Positions 9,601 to 19,445 of a stretch of 64,000 nucleotides of DNA are shown one piece after another; position 1 is the stretch's first letter; the number at the start of each line of letters is the position of its first letter. Origin of the DNA: Subdoligranulum sp. CAG:314 (GTDB taxonomy: Bacteria; Bacillota; Clostridia; Christensenellales; CAG-314); the NCBI GenBank assembly GCA_000437915.1, contig FR901000.1:119244-183243 (forward strand), written 5' to 3'. The position numbers were made by a program, and so were the translations under genes. The notes beneath the pieces were generated by a model that was not told the origin of the DNA, did no database searches, and saw only the letters and a program-made list of their open reading frames with translations.

Positions 9601-9888
9601 CGTGCTTGCAAACTTTGCCCACAACGTCACGTCCTCCGTGATTTCCTTGTCGAAATCGAATTTTTCGCCCGTTCTTTGCTCGTTGTCGTACCAGCCTTCG
9701 ACATAAACGCCGTCGGCGCACTCGACGGCGGGAGGTATCGCCTTGCTCCCCTTTTTCACCGTCACGACATAACCGTCGCTTTCGCCTGCGTTGAAGGTGA
9801 CGCCGTACGTTTTGCCGCACGCGGCAAGGCAAGTCAAAACCAACGCGACGCAAAGCGCACAAAGCAACAACTTAAAAAGCTTTTTCAT
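6619..9888 (-). CDS. Large surface lipoprotein with Flg_new repeats and BspA-type LRRs (paralog)
   Basis: Start moved to the ATG at 9888 (MKKLFKLLLCALCVALVLTCLAAC-GK lipobox), preceded by a GGAGGA SD. Repeat and LRR architecture as in 2936-6406. Confidence 0.8.
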   Translation of the reverse strand: MKKLFKLLLCALCVALVLTCLAACGKTYGVTFNAGESDGYVVTVKKGSKAIPPAVECADGVYVEGWYDNEQRTGEKFDFDKEITEDVTLWAKFASTVFKASYDLNYPDCQNPSTVDFTKDGDVTLASAPLRVGYRFLGWSDGSEIYAAGSVYDVSESPLKDVVFSARWETATVSVEFLDDTGYAFDTKVLPYGSDVICPAVAPHTYSWCYELSGWDVYEDELECVTEDMTLNAVYTYLETEPSLFDFELNEDKKGYTLTGVVGELPDEVALPAYFNNLPVTTIGCEAIMYESFTKLHIPSTYRTVNPIGIYQCRQMETLEIEEGLERLEAVSIASAYVLKNVTLPASLNYFGENTFYRCYELGVGNLQVAEGNGHFMMKDNGKWLSNLGGDRLYWANFSKLGASVVIGEEITYLHSGLFCDDNLLESITINCDLEFLGVGTFYNTPELNSVALNGSIEYIFGFTDVFNDDFYTWLTPLEKEQIMYYGAFESCGAENYVLPDGVKYIGPAVFGGFCEPESLSLPSTLEKIADDFIGSGKTPVITMRDGGSNAYFDVGQALIAKGAAADGGDRLIKFARVGEEKYAVPASVSEVVPFAFAFANVKWVDFSSSNVTELPAGCFYGSYVEKITLSSKITRLLSDGLPEFDGIPVWARGEIWSASPAVYACEKLTVLENYQGLTEVGDSMFSGTKLTSFDIGENMRLGNNCFFYCWSLQEFNVAEGHPTLSSEDGVLFDKNKQVLLMYPAAKQGLTYTVPASVVYVADVAFLRNAELTSIAFADDSACVSVGASCFASIATLKTITLPATLTNIGVSAFFGNTALEKLVFLSGEMPAVADDYGENNWFKYQPESENPDEWVPARFYSDVTIVCPEGRFRNYFDALYAIAPEIAAALDDSKQPKYDFVFDSKGGSQIASVNGFAALTRPVPARDGYFFWGWYLTDGTVSGGVWGEEASFPFWYEGEGTGVTLYARWETERKQDGLSVETGWDFSEQKTVTVSQSGIYYFRFTASASGKLASDANDVPLISAELEAAGAEYRVWVMLFSDESMENLVSRSNRTVKEGHTYFGWLEIDLPAEMFPFTFTANVVINES

Positions 9889-10095
9889 ATTCTGTCCTCC
9901 GATAAAAATATTTTTTGCAAACAATTAGATTTTTCAGCCAACACGATTGGTCGAAATTATATTTGCAATTTAAAATTATCATACGGACAAATCTTTGTCA
10001 AGCGTTTTTACGCCGTTTTGTCGTAAAAATTTCTTTTTCTTGTTCAGTTGTTTTGGAAATCCGTTCTTTTTTAACTCCGATTCTTCTTGTCGCTG

Positions 10096-10365
10096 TCAAA
10101 AAACCTGTTTTCCTTTGGACGAGTCAAAACGCGCTTCGCTCTTCTTTTTGGCGCGCTCCTCCCCTTTGTCATAGCCCAGCAGATAATCCGTGCTTTCGTC
10201 AAACAGCGCGGCAATCCTGCACAGGTCGGTCAGAGACGGCTCCGCGCGGTTGGTCTCCCAGCTTGCGACCGACGCCCGCGTAATTTGCAAACGGTCGGCA
10301 AGTTCCTTTTGTGTCCACTCGTTTTCCTTTCTCAGCTCTTTGAGCTTGTCCGCAAATTTTCTCAT
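10096..10365 (-). CDS. XRE family helix-turn-helix transcriptional regulator
   Basis: MRKFADKLKELRKENEWTQKELADRLQITRASVASWETNRAEPSLTDLCRIAALF is a classic Cro/C1 HTH. The internal ATG at 10365 is preferred over the ORF-track start. No SD; CATAAT lies 6 nt upstream, so the mRNA may be leaderless. Confidence 0.7.
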   Translation of the reverse strand: MRKFADKLKELRKENEWTQKELADRLQITRASVASWETNRAEPSLTDLCRIAALFDESTDYLLGYDKGEERAKKKSEARFDSSKGKQVF

Positions 10366-10628
10366 ACGAGTATTATGTGTAGTTAATACACGAAAAAAAT
10401 GCGGTGTGCATAAATTACACAACTCAATTTTGCGCGGCGCTGCCTGCGGAGGGCATCGGAAAGCAATTTTTTACACGGAAAATTTACAAAAAGTCAAATT
10501 CCGCCATATTTCACGGCGCTGCCCGACGCATCTGCGACAATTTGATTTCAAACAAAAAAATACCGCCCGAAAACACGGTTTTATGTCGGCAATCCGTTTT
10601 TAAACGGCTCCCAAAAGGACAAAAGACG

Positions 10629-10661
10629 AAAAAAAAGGCGTGACCGAGTCACGCCTTTTTT
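10629..10661 (-). terminator. Intrinsic terminator after icd (bidirectional hairpin)
   Basis: A8-GGCGTGAC-CGA-GTCACGCC-T6. Confidence 0.75.
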
Positions 10662-10710
10662 GAGTTTAAATTTAATTGTTTTTCGCGCCGCCATGCTGCG
10701 CCCTTTTTCG

Positions 10711-11925
10711 TCAGGCAAGCAGCTTTTCCAGACGCGAGCGGATTTCTTTGAGGAAGGTTTCGCTGTTGACGGATTTTACCTTTACGCCCTCGTCCACAAG
10801 GTTGACGAGGTCCTTTGTCATAATGCCTTCCTCCAGAGTCTGTATGCAAGCCTTTTCCAGCTTTTCGCCGAACTCGACAAGCTTGGGCAGATTGTCCAGC
10901 TCGCCGCGCTTTTTGAATGCGCCCGTCCAAGCGAAAATGGTCGCCATGGGATTTGTGGAGGTTTCCTCCCCTTTGAGATACTTGTAGTAGTGACGCGTCA
11001 CGGTGCCGTGAGCCGCCTCATACTCGTATTTTCCGTCGGGGCTGACCAGAACGCTTGTCATCATGGCAAGAGAACCGAATGCCGTGCTTACCATATCGCT
11101 CATAACGTCGCCGTCGTAGTTTTTGCACGCCCAGATGTAGCCGCCCTCAGACCTGATAACGCGCGCCACCGCGTCGTCGATGAGAGTGTAAAAATACTCC
11201 AAGCCCATTTTTTCAAAGGTTTCTTTGTAATCGGCTTCGTAAATCTCCTCAAAAATCTGCTTGAACGCGCCGTCGTATTTTTTGCTTATGGTGTCCTTGG
11301 TGGAGAACCAGAGGTCCTGCTTTGTGTCTATCGCGTATCTGAAACAGCTGTGGGCAAAGGATTTGATTGACGTATCCTTGTTGTGCATTGCCTGAAATAC
11401 GCCGCCGCAATCCAGCTTCTGCACCTCTACCGACTCGGTTTTGCCCGACTGTCCCACAAAAGTAAGCGTCGCCGTGCCCGGCTCCGTCGTGCGCAGCTCC
11501 ACTCCCTTGTACACGTCGCCGTAAGCGTGACGCGCAATGGTAATGGGCTTTTTCCAATTTTTGACCACGGGCTTGATTGTGCTTATGGTTATGGGAGCGC
11601 GGAAAACCGTGCCGTCCAGCACCGAACGAATGGTTCCGTTGGGGCTTTTCCACATTTCTTTGAGGTTGTACTCGCTCATCCTCTGTTTGTTGGGGGTGAT
11701 TGTCGCGCATTTGACTGCCACGCCGTATTTTTTGTTGGCGTTGGCGGCGTCCCAGGTAATTTGGTCGTTGGTGCGGTCGCGCTCCACAAGCCCCAAATCG
11801 TAATATTCCGTTTTGAGGTCTACGAAAGGAAGAATAAGCTCGTCCTTTATCATTTTCCAGAGTATTCTTGTCATTTCGTCGCCGTCCATTTCCACCAACG
11901 GCGTAGTCATCTTGATTTTTTCCAT
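10711..11925 (-). CDS. icd: NADP-dependent isocitrate dehydrogenase, eukaryotic-like (type II) form
   Basis: MEKIKMTTPLVEMDGDEMTRILW...KCATITPN...ARHAYGD motifs. The ATG at 11925 has an AGGAGA SD and removes the overlap with the upstream gene. Confidence 0.9.
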   Translation of the reverse strand: MEKIKMTTPLVEMDGDEMTRILWKMIKDELILPFVDLKTEYYDLGLVERDRTNDQITWDAANANKKYGVAVKCATITPNKQRMSEYNLKEMWKSPNGTIRSVLDGTVFRAPITISTIKPVVKNWKKPITIARHAYGDVYKGVELRTTEPGTATLTFVGQSGKTESVEVQKLDCGGVFQAMHNKDTSIKSFAHSCFRYAIDTKQDLWFSTKDTISKKYDGAFKQIFEEIYEADYKETFEKMGLEYFYTLIDDAVARVIRSEGGYIWACKNYDGDVMSDMVSTAFGSLAMMTSVLVSPDGKYEYEAAHGTVTRHYYKYLKGEETSTNPMATIFAWTGAFKKRGELDNLPKLVEFGEKLEKACIQTLEEGIMTKDLVNLVDEGVKVKSVNSETFLKEIRSRLEKLLA

Positions 11926-11951
11926 TTTCGGTTTCTCCTGAATTTTTATTC

Positions 11952-14207
11952 TTATTTGTTTTTTCTGTTGAGCGCCGCGTAATAATTCATCAGACAGCCC
12001 TCGCAAATAATTGTCTTTTCGTCCGCCGTCAAGCCCTTGACGTAAAGCGTGATGTCCTCGACTCCCTTTTGGGTAATCACCTTGGCGGGGATAGTCTCCC
12101 TGCCGTTGACGATAGCGTCGCGTATGCCCTTGACAAACACGAAATCACCCGGCTGATAGTCGAATTTTGTGTCCTTGTCCAGCGTAAAAGGCACTATGCC
12201 CCAGTTTATGCAGTTGGAGCGATAACGCTTGGTGGCGTACTCGTAGCAGATGTTGGCGTCGCCGCCCAGCACCTTCTGACAGCTTGCCGCCTGCTCGCGC
12301 GCGCTGCCGTCGCCGGGACGGTTTGCAAACACGCAGCTGCCGAAGCTTGTCTTTTTGATTGTTTCGGAAGGATTGTCGTCAACCTTTGCAAGTGCGTCAA
12401 GCAGCTTCTTTTCGTAATTTCCCTCGCGGCGGGCGCGCTCCGTGTTCTGTATCGCCTTGCTTCTGCCGACGTACTCGGGCACTCTGCGCGACAGCGCAAA
12501 CTCCGAAAGCTTGAGAGGATTGGAACGATAGCTGCTTGTCTCTCCGCTGGGGATAAGCTCGTCGGTCGTCGTCACGGGGTCGTGTATGACGGCGGCAAGC
12601 TCCACAAGCATATTTTCCTGCAAAGGATTCATCTTGGGCCAGTCGGTTATGTTGGGACCGAGTCTCAACTGCTCGTCGGACTGCGGTTTGCCGAAGCCGT
12701 TGTAAACCCGCTTTTCGTAAACCGTTCTGTCAAAGTCGTAAGCATATTCTTTTTTGCGATAATCTATTTCGCTTGCGGCGGTAAGGACTCCGCCGTTGCG
12801 GGCTGTCGCCGCTATGCTGCGCGCGTCCATAAGCGCAACCGAGCTGATTTGGTTTTGGTTGGGCTTGCTGCCCTCTCTGTTGGGGAAGTTTCTCGTCGTG
12901 TGCCTTATTGACAGACCGTTGTTGCCCGGCACGTCTCCCGCTCCGAAGCATGGACCGCAAAAGGCGGTTTTCATGATGGCTCCGCATTCCAACAGCTTGC
13001 TCGCAACTCCGTTGCGGGTAGCCGCCAAATTGATCGGCATACTCGCGGGATAAACGCTCAAAGCAAAGTATCCGTCGCCCGTGCTCTGTCCGTCCAGTAT
13101 ATCCGCCGCTTCGCACAGGTTGTCGAACAAGCCGCCCGCGCAGCCGGCGATTATGCCTTGGTCCACCATGACCTTGCCGTCGTGGATTTTTTCGGTAAGG
13201 TTAAACGCAACCTTAGAGCCTATCTGCTTTTTCGCGTCCTCCTCCACGGCTCTAAACAGCTCTTTTGCGTTTTTCTGCACTTCTTTGATTGTAAACGCGT
13301 TGGAGGGGTGGAAGGGCAGCGCAATCATGCACTCCTGAGTGGAGAGGTCGATTTTTATCATGCTGTCGTAATACGCCGTGTCGGCAGGTTTAAGCTCCTT
13401 GAAATCAGCCGCCTTGCCGTGCTTGGCGTAATATTCCTTCACCTTGTCGTCCGTTACCCATATTGAGGAAAGACAGGTTGTTTCCGTCGTCATCACGTCG
13501 ATTCCGTTTCTGAAATCCACAGACAGATTTTTTATGCCGGGGCCGACAAATTCCAGCACCTTGTTGTTGACAAAGCCGTTGGCGAAAACCGCCTTGCACA
13601 GCGAAATGGCGACGTCGTGAGGACCTACGCCGTGAGGAACCTCGCCCTCAACCCACACCAGCACGACCTCAGGCATATTCACGTCGTATGTATTGTTGAG
13701 CAGCTGCTTGACCAGCTCGGGACCGCCTTCTCCCACGCCCATTGTTCCCAGCGCGCCGTAACGCGTGTGGCTGTCGCTGCCGAGAATCATCGAACCGCAT
13801 TTGACCATTGCCTCGCGCGCGTACTGATGAATGACAGCCTGATTTACGGGAACGTAAATTCCGCCGTACTTCTTTGCCGCCGAAAGACCGAAAATGTGGT
13901 CGTCCTCGTTGATTGTGCCGCCAACCGCGCACAGACTGTTGTGGCAGTTGGTCATGGCGTAGGGCAAAGGAAACTCGGTAAGCCCGCTTGCGCGCGCCGT
14001 CTGTATGATGCCGACATAGGTTATGTCGTGCGACATCAGCGCGTCGAATTTTATGCGCAGCTTTTTGTCGTCTCCCTTGTTGTGAGCGGAGAGTATGGAA
14101 TACGCCATGGTTCCCTTGCGGGCTTCCTCGGGCGCAGGCAAGCCTCTGCCGCTTTCGACGATTTGTCCGTTTTTCAGATAAACGCCGTTTTTCTCCAAAG
14201 TTATCAT
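11952..14207 (-). CDS. acn: Aconitate hydratase
   Basis: 751 aa. Aconitase-family motifs GSDSHT and CGPCFG, and a swivel-domain C-terminus. Confidence 0.85.
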   Translation of the reverse strand: MITLEKNGVYLKNGQIVESGRGLPAPEEARKGTMAYSILSAHNKGDDKKLRIKFDALMSHDITYVGIIQTARASGLTEFPLPYAMTNCHNSLCAVGGTINEDDHIFGLSAAKKYGGIYVPVNQAVIHQYAREAMVKCGSMILGSDSHTRYGALGTMGVGEGGPELVKQLLNNTYDVNMPEVVLVWVEGEVPHGVGPHDVAISLCKAVFANGFVNNKVLEFVGPGIKNLSVDFRNGIDVMTTETTCLSSIWVTDDKVKEYYAKHGKAADFKELKPADTAYYDSMIKIDLSTQECMIALPFHPSNAFTIKEVQKNAKELFRAVEEDAKKQIGSKVAFNLTEKIHDGKVMVDQGIIAGCAGGLFDNLCEAADILDGQSTGDGYFALSVYPASMPINLAATRNGVASKLLECGAIMKTAFCGPCFGAGDVPGNNGLSIRHTTRNFPNREGSKPNQNQISSVALMDARSIAATARNGGVLTAASEIDYRKKEYAYDFDRTVYEKRVYNGFGKPQSDEQLRLGPNITDWPKMNPLQENMLVELAAVIHDPVTTTDELIPSGETSSYRSNPLKLSEFALSRRVPEYVGRSKAIQNTERARREGNYEKKLLDALAKVDDNPSETIKKTSFGSCVFANRPGDGSAREQAASCQKVLGGDANICYEYATKRYRSNCINWGIVPFTLDKDTKFDYQPGDFVFVKGIRDAIVNGRETIPAKVITQKGVEDITLYVKGLTADEKTIICEGCLMNYYAALNRKNK

Positions 14208-14250
14208 TTTTTCTATCTCCCTTGTGTTTTTGTTTATATTTCCACGCTGT

Positions 14251-15093
14251 TCAAAGCAAGCGATTGCAAGTGATTTTTTCGAGGAACAACGTCAGCGCAA
14301 GCGTGTCGGCTGCTCCTCCGGGGCTTAAATTGCGCCGTATAAATTCGGCGTTAAGGCTCTCCGCCTTTTCCTCCGAAAAATCCTCGAACAAGGATTTTCC
14401 GCTTTGACGCACAAACAGCACGCCCTCCGTACCGCCCCGTTTGTAGGCGTTGCTGTCCCAAATGCTCGACATGATATATCCGAGAGTTTTTAATTCCGCG
14501 TTTTTTTCCTTTGCCGCAAGCATACGTTTCAAAAGCGGCAGACACTCAAACAGCACAAAGGCATACCCCTCCGCCACCTGTCCGCGCGCTCCGAGCTTGC
14601 CCGAATGCAGAAAAAATTTTTCGCCCGCAGTCAGCGCACGGCTTGTTTTGCCCGCCGCGTCTAAAAGCTCGACTTCGATTCCCGCCGCAAGCGTTTTGAC
14701 CGCGCCGCAGATTTCATTCGGTTCAAACTCTTTGCCCTCGCTGCTTAAAAGTCCGAGCGCTCCCGAAACGAAGCCGAAAGAGAAGATTGCGCCCTTGTGG
14801 GTATTTATTCCGCCCGTCGCGCCGTACATGGCTTTTTCCGCCGCAAGCCCCTGTTGCCTGAGCGCGCGCGTCAAGTCCGACGCGCTCTTTCCTTCAAGAC
14901 TCAGACCGAACGTCCCGTCAAACATTTCGCCGAAAAACGGACAGACCGCGTCTATCCCTCTCGACATAAGAGCAAAATCCATGTCCGTATGCGAGCCGTT
15001 GTCCTTCAAATCCACAAGTCCGGGCTTGGGCGTGGTTTCAAGCTCGGCAATCAACGCGCGCTTTGCCAAAGCGGTTAAAAGCGTCGCGTTCAT
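14251..15093 (-). CDS. citG: Triphosphoribosyl-dephospho-CoA synthase
   Basis: 280 aa. N-terminal ELETTPKPGLVD..DNGSHTDMD motif. Sits within the cit cluster. Confidence 0.85.
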   Translation of the reverse strand: MNATLLTALAKRALIAELETTPKPGLVDLKDNGSHTDMDFALMSRGIDAVCPFFGEMFDGTFGLSLEGKSASDLTRALRQQGLAAEKAMYGATGGINTHKGAIFSFGFVSGALGLLSSEGKEFEPNEICGAVKTLAAGIEVELLDAAGKTSRALTAGEKFFLHSGKLGARGQVAEGYAFVLFECLPLLKRMLAAKEKNAELKTLGYIMSSIWDSNAYKRGGTEGVLFVRQSGKSLFEDFSEEKAESLNAEFIRRNLSPGGAADTLALTLFLEKITCNRLL

Positions 15094-16079
15094 TCAAGCA
15101 TACCGTTTGCGGAAAGAATCTTTGCCGTAGTGTCGGGCACAAGCCGCGACGCTTCCGCAAATTTTTTTTCTTTAAGCAATGCGCGCACCCGCTTGGCGCT
15201 TACCGGCGCGCCGTCCTTTTCCATGCGGGCAAGCTCCGTTACCTTTATTCCGCGCGGCGGCAGAATCTGCCTGAGTGCAAAGTTATATTCATTTGTAACC
15301 GCGTCAAGCGGTTCGCTGCCCACAAATCTTTCGCAAACTTTGAGCGCGGGCGCGATATGTCGGGAAAACAAATCCGCGTCAAGCTGCGCCTGATTTTTGC
15401 TTACCATGCCGCTGTCTTTAAGAAAATAAGCGGGAAAGGTGGCTTTGCTTATTACGTAGTCTCCACCCTCGTGCACAACCGCATCGGGCAGATGCTTCAA
15501 GCCCGCCTTTATCATTTCGAGTCTCAACGCGAAAGGAAACTCCGACGCGTCCTCTCTGACCGCAATGACGTGCAGCCTGTCGCAGCTTTTCGCGGCGGCT
15601 TCGGCAAGATAACGGTGCCCCAGAGTGAAAGGATTGGCGTTCATGACAATACAGCCGTTTTTGCCGTCGCAGGCAAAGACGGAAAGCTTTTCGCAAAAAG
15701 AACTCACCCCGCGCGCGCTGCTTTCCAAAAGCACCGCGTCGTCGCTTTGCGCTATCGGGTGAAAGGCAAGGCTTTCGAAAATCTCCCTGTTGGAGCGTTT
15801 TGTAAACACAAAAATGTCGCTCGCTCCGCGGCTTTTCAATTCGCTGCGCAAATGGGACACTATCTTGTTGGACAGCTGCATATCCCTCGCCTCGGGACTT
15901 GTGGCAACGCATTTTATGACGTTTTTTTCAAACCCGCCGCAGGCGAGTATTTTGTCTCCGTCCGTCAAAACGGCGAAATAATCCAGCGGCTCGGGCGCCA
16001 GTCCGTTTGCGGCAAGAAACTCCTCCGCTCTTTTTTCAATTCCGCCGACTCCGAGCGGAATTTGCTCTATCTGTATCAT
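15090..16079 (-). CDS. citC: [Citrate (pro-3S)-lyase] ligase
   Basis: 329 aa. Nucleotidyltransferase motif NANPFTLGHRYL. 4-nt overlap with citG. Confidence 0.85.
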   Translation of the reverse strand: MIQIEQIPLGVGGIEKRAEEFLAANGLAPEPLDYFAVLTDGDKILACGGFEKNVIKCVATSPEARDMQLSNKIVSHLRSELKSRGASDIFVFTKRSNREIFESLAFHPIAQSDDAVLLESSARGVSSFCEKLSVFACDGKNGCIVMNANPFTLGHRYLAEAAAKSCDRLHVIAVREDASEFPFALRLEMIKAGLKHLPDAVVHEGGDYVISKATFPAYFLKDSGMVSKNQAQLDADLFSRHIAPALKVCERFVGSEPLDAVTNEYNFALRQILPPRGIKVTELARMEKDGAPVSAKRVRALLKEKKFAEASRLVPDTTAKILSANGMLE

Positions 16080-16591
16080 CAGTCGTATAAAAGCTCGTAC
16101 TCTTCCTTCATTGTGGCAATTTTTTCATTAAGCTCGTCTGCCGAGTGAACTCTGCTACGCGCGCAGATACGCGCGTCGTTTCCGCAAAGAAGGCATTTTC
16201 TTTCCGCAAGATTCAGCGAGCTGCGGGACACCTGTCCGCCCTCCCCGTCGTAAACGTCTATGTCGAAAATGCGTCCGAGAAAATGGCTCTCCTCTATTCG
16301 GCACATCCTCTTTTTCAGCTGCGCCGCGTCAGCCGCTCGGGCAACGAAAAAGGCTTCGTTGCCGGTAGGTGCGTCCACAACGGAAAACTCCGCAGTTTCT
16401 TCGAGCAACTCTCTGCTGATTGCTTCCACTCCCGCCTCGAAAATATAGTCGGGTATTTCCCCTCTCTTTGTCTCGCCGGGAATATTCAAGGTAAGCACGA
16501 CAACGGGCAGACGGTATTTCAAAGCAAGCTCCCGACGTTTTTCCTGCCGTCTGTCTCTCGCTTCAAGAACTTCCTCCAAAGAGACCTTCAT
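16079..16591 (-). CDS. citX: Holo-ACP synthase CitX (apo-citrate lyase phosphoribosyl-dephospho-CoA transferase)
   Basis: The internal ATG (MKVSLEEVLEARD...) makes an ATGA overlap with the citF stop. FDIDV and CLLCG...C.RS..HS motifs. Confidence 0.8.
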   Translation of the reverse strand: MKVSLEEVLEARDRRQEKRRELALKYRLPVVVLTLNIPGETKRGEIPDYIFEAGVEAISRELLEETAEFSVVDAPTGNEAFFVARAADAAQLKKRMCRIEESHFLGRIFDIDVYDGEGGQVSRSSLNLAERKCLLCGNDARICARSRVHSADELNEKIATMKEEYELLYD

Positions 16592-18147
16592 TGCCCGTCG
16601 CTGTCGGCTATGTTTCTGATAACGTCGAGGAGCGCGCCGTCGCGGCTTGTGACTATACCCACGATTTTGTCGCCCCAAGGCAGCTCCTGCGGCTTGCCTA
16701 CGATTTTTTCGGCTTTTTCTTTAAGCTCCTCGATTGTGGTCACATTGAGATTTGCCGCTTTCAGTCTTTCTGCGATTTCGGGACGTCTCGGATTGACAGC
16801 TATACCCTGGTCGGTTACTATGACGTCAACCGAATCGCCCGGCGTTACCACGGTGTTTACCTTGTCGACCACGCAGGGTATGCGCCCTCTCAACAAGGGC
16901 ACTACTATGATTGAAAGCGCCGCTCCCGCAGCAGTGTCGGGATGACCGCCTATTGCGCCGCGTATAACGCCGTCGCTGCCCGTCAGGACGTTTACGTTGA
17001 AATTGACGTCCACTTCGAGAGCGGAAAGCACCACTATGTCCAAAAGATTCATCGCCGAACCGTTTTCAAAAGGATTGGCGTAGTAATCCGCGGAAATCTG
17101 CTGATGGAATCTGTTGTTTTTGAGCGACTGCGCCGCAATTATGTCAAAGCTCTGAACGTCCAAAAGCTTTTTTATCAGCCCTTCCTCGTGCAGAGCGACC
17201 ATCTGCCCCGTTATACCGCCGAGAGCATAGCTCGCGTGCACGTTGTTGGCTATCATGTAGTCGCGTATGTATCTGGTAACCGCAAGGCTTGCTCCGCCGC
17301 TGCCCGTCTGCAAGGAAAAGCCCTCCTTGAAGTAACCGCTGTTGACGACAACGCGCGCCGCCGTCTCGGCAAGCAGCAGGTCGTGCGGGTTGGTCGTAAA
17401 GCGAGTTGCCCCGCTGCTGATTTTCGTCGCGTCGCCTACCGCGTCCACCTTTACTATATAATCCACGTAATGCTCGGCTATGGCAAAGGGCGCGTTGGGA
17501 TAACCGACAATATTGTCCGTCAGTATTATTACCTTTTTTGCGTAGCGCGCGTCAACCATGGCGTAGCCCAAGGAGCCGCACACCGATTTTTCGTCCCCGT
17601 CGCGGCTGTAACCGTTGGCGTTTCCCATCGTGTCGCAGCTGCTCGCGCCGAGAAAGGCAACGTCTATTTTAAGGTCGCCGTCCTTTATCGCCGCCGCCCT
17701 GCCGCCGTGCGAGCGGAACAGCACCGGCTCCTCCATGAGTCCGTGGCTCACCGCGTCCGCAAGCTTTCCGCGCAGACCGCTCGTGTTGATTTTTGTAATC
17801 ACGCCGTTTTTGATGTGCTCGATAAGCGGCGCGTGAACATCGGAAAGACTGCTCGGCGCAATGGTGAGATTTTTGAAGCCCATTTCTGCAAGCTTGTCGA
17901 TGACAAGATTCACTACGTGGTCGCCCTCGCGGAAATGGTGATGGAAGGATATGGTCATGCCGTCTTTCAATCCGCTTGCCCTGATTGCCTGTTCAAGCGT
18001 AACCACCTTTTCGCTGGACCTTTGAAGCTCGTTTCTCGAATCGAAGCAGCGCGGTCTGACGCGTTTGTTCCAATTTTCGCTGTAAATGGGCATATTGTAT
18101 TTTTTAAGCAATTCCTTGGGAATTTTGTTGTTCTCTTTTTCTTTCAT
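16588..18147 (-). CDS. citF: Citrate lyase alpha subunit (citrate CoA-transferase)
   Basis: Start taken at MKEKENNKIPKELLKKY, 13 nt after the citE stop and preceded by GGGAGCGG. Size and sequence fit the CitF family. Confidence 0.9.
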   Translation of the reverse strand: MKEKENNKIPKELLKKYNMPIYSENWNKRVRPRCFDSRNELQRSSEKVVTLEQAIRASGLKDGMTISFHHHFREGDHVVNLVIDKLAEMGFKNLTIAPSSLSDVHAPLIEHIKNGVITKINTSGLRGKLADAVSHGLMEEPVLFRSHGGRAAAIKDGDLKIDVAFLGASSCDTMGNANGYSRDGDEKSVCGSLGYAMVDARYAKKVIILTDNIVGYPNAPFAIAEHYVDYIVKVDAVGDATKISSGATRFTTNPHDLLLAETAARVVVNSGYFKEGFSLQTGSGGASLAVTRYIRDYMIANNVHASYALGGITGQMVALHEEGLIKKLLDVQSFDIIAAQSLKNNRFHQQISADYYANPFENGSAMNLLDIVVLSALEVDVNFNVNVLTGSDGVIRGAIGGHPDTAAGAALSIIVVPLLRGRIPCVVDKVNTVVTPGDSVDVIVTDQGIAVNPRRPEIAERLKAANLNVTTIEELKEKAEKIVGKPQELPWGDKIVGIVTSRDGALLDVIRNIADSDGQ

Positions 18148-18160
18148 TTTTCCGCTCCCG

Positions 18161-19045
18161 TCAATCCACAACGATATGCACCGCGCGCGCAAGCTCGAGC
18201 GTGCGCTCCGCTCTCAAAACTACCGGCTTGTCAATCATTTTTCCGTTGAGACTCACCACGCCGCTGCCCTTGGCCTCCGCCTCCTTCAAGGCGGCGATGA
18301 TTCTTTTCGCCTTGTCTATTTCCGCCGTCGTGGGTGTAAAAATTTCGTTCACGGGGTTGATTTGTCTGGGATTGATGACGGATTTGCCGTCAAAGCCCAA
18401 CTGTTTGATAAACCTTACCTCCTCCTTGAACGTGTCCATATCGTTCAGGTTGGAAAACACCGTGTCCACGGCGTCTATACCCGCCGCACGGGCGGCGACC
18501 ACAATGGTCTGACGCGCGAGCAGCAGCTCGCTGCCCTCCTTGCTGCGCGTGGTTTTGAGGTTTGCGCAATAGTCCTCCGCGCCAAGCGCGATACCCATCA
18601 TACGCTTGCTAGCCGTTGCGATTTTGTAAGCGTTGACCACTCCGAGCGCCGACTCTATCGCCGCCATGATGAGAGTTCTTCCCACAGGTATGCCGGCAAG
18701 CTTTTCCACGCGCTCGATTTCCTCCTCAAGCTCCGTGATTTCCTCCGCCGTCTCCGTCTTAGGCATACGTATGACGTCGGCGCCCGCCCTTACCATGGCT
18801 TCGACGTCGGCGCGCCCGAACTCGGTGGACAGCGGATTGACTCTGACAACCTTTTCAACCCCGCCGTAGTCAATGGTTTTCAAGGCATTGTAAACAAGCA
18901 GTCTCGCCGCGTCCTTTTCGGCAAGGCTGACGGAATCCTCCAAATCGAACATTATCGAGTCAGCGCCGTAAATATGCGCGTCTCTCATCATGCTGGGATT
19001 GTTGCCCGGCACGAACATCATGGTTCTTCTCAATCTTTTCTGCAT
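18161..19045 (-). CDS. citE: Citrate lyase beta subunit (citryl-CoA lyase)
   Basis: Start at MQKRLRRTMMFVPGNNP, the HpcH/CitE N-terminus. DLEDSV motif. Confidence 0.9.
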   Translation of the reverse strand: MQKRLRRTMMFVPGNNPSMMRDAHIYGADSIMFDLEDSVSLAEKDAARLLVYNALKTIDYGGVEKVVRVNPLSTEFGRADVEAMVRAGADVIRMPKTETAEEITELEEEIERVEKLAGIPVGRTLIMAAIESALGVVNAYKIATASKRMMGIALGAEDYCANLKTTRSKEGSELLLARQTIVVAARAAGIDAVDTVFSNLNDMDTFKEEVRFIKQLGFDGKSVINPRQINPVNEIFTPTTAEIDKAKRIIAALKEAEAKGSGVVSLNGKMIDKPVVLRAERTLELARAVHIVVD

Positions 19046-19106
19046 ATTCTCTGCTCCGTTTTTTCTCAAAAAAATAAATGGCGAAAAAATTTCTTCGACG
19101 AGAAAC

Positions 19107-19394
19107 TTATTCCCATTTATTTCTGTCCTTGCCAAGAGCGCGTATCAACGCCGCCTTGACTCTCGCCCTTATTGTGCAATCCAACGCGCCCTTGTCCGTC
19201 GCGTCTACAAAGCCGTCCTTGACGCCCATTTCGGCAAAGGTCTCCGAAATGACTTCCTTGATTCTTTTTCCGAATTGGTTGGCAACCGTACTGTCAAGTC
19301 TGATTGTCAGCCCCTTGCCCTCGTTAGGCTCCAGCTCGATAAGTATGTCTCCGGACTCCAACGTACCTGCCGCGGCAGGCTGCTTAAGCTCCAT
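19107..19394 (-). CDS. citD: Citrate lyase acyl carrier protein (gamma subunit)
   Basis: 95 aa. AGTLESGD prosthetic-group serine motif near the N-terminus. Confidence 0.9.
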   Translation of the reverse strand: MELKQPAAAGTLESGDILIELEPNEGKGLTIRLDSTVANQFGKRIKEVISETFAEMGVKDGFVDATDKGALDCTIRARVKAALIRALGKDRNKWE

Positions 19395-19445
19395 TTGACC
19401 TTAACCTCCAAAAATATTTATTTTCGGCTTATGCCAATCGAATTG

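Noticed and set aside
10404-10643. Short ORFs (79-137 aa) in the XRE-icd intergenic region
   Set aside because: They have no SD and no recognisable motifs, and they overlap each other in different frames. The region reads as non-coding spacer plus terminator.
11926-12006. Upstream ORF-track starts for icd (12006), citX (16678), citF (18192), citE (19135) and pdp (22971)
   Set aside because: Each extension overlaps the preceding gene and adds non-homologous, basic residues. Internal ATGs with SD sequences give canonical family N-termini and tidy operon spacing.
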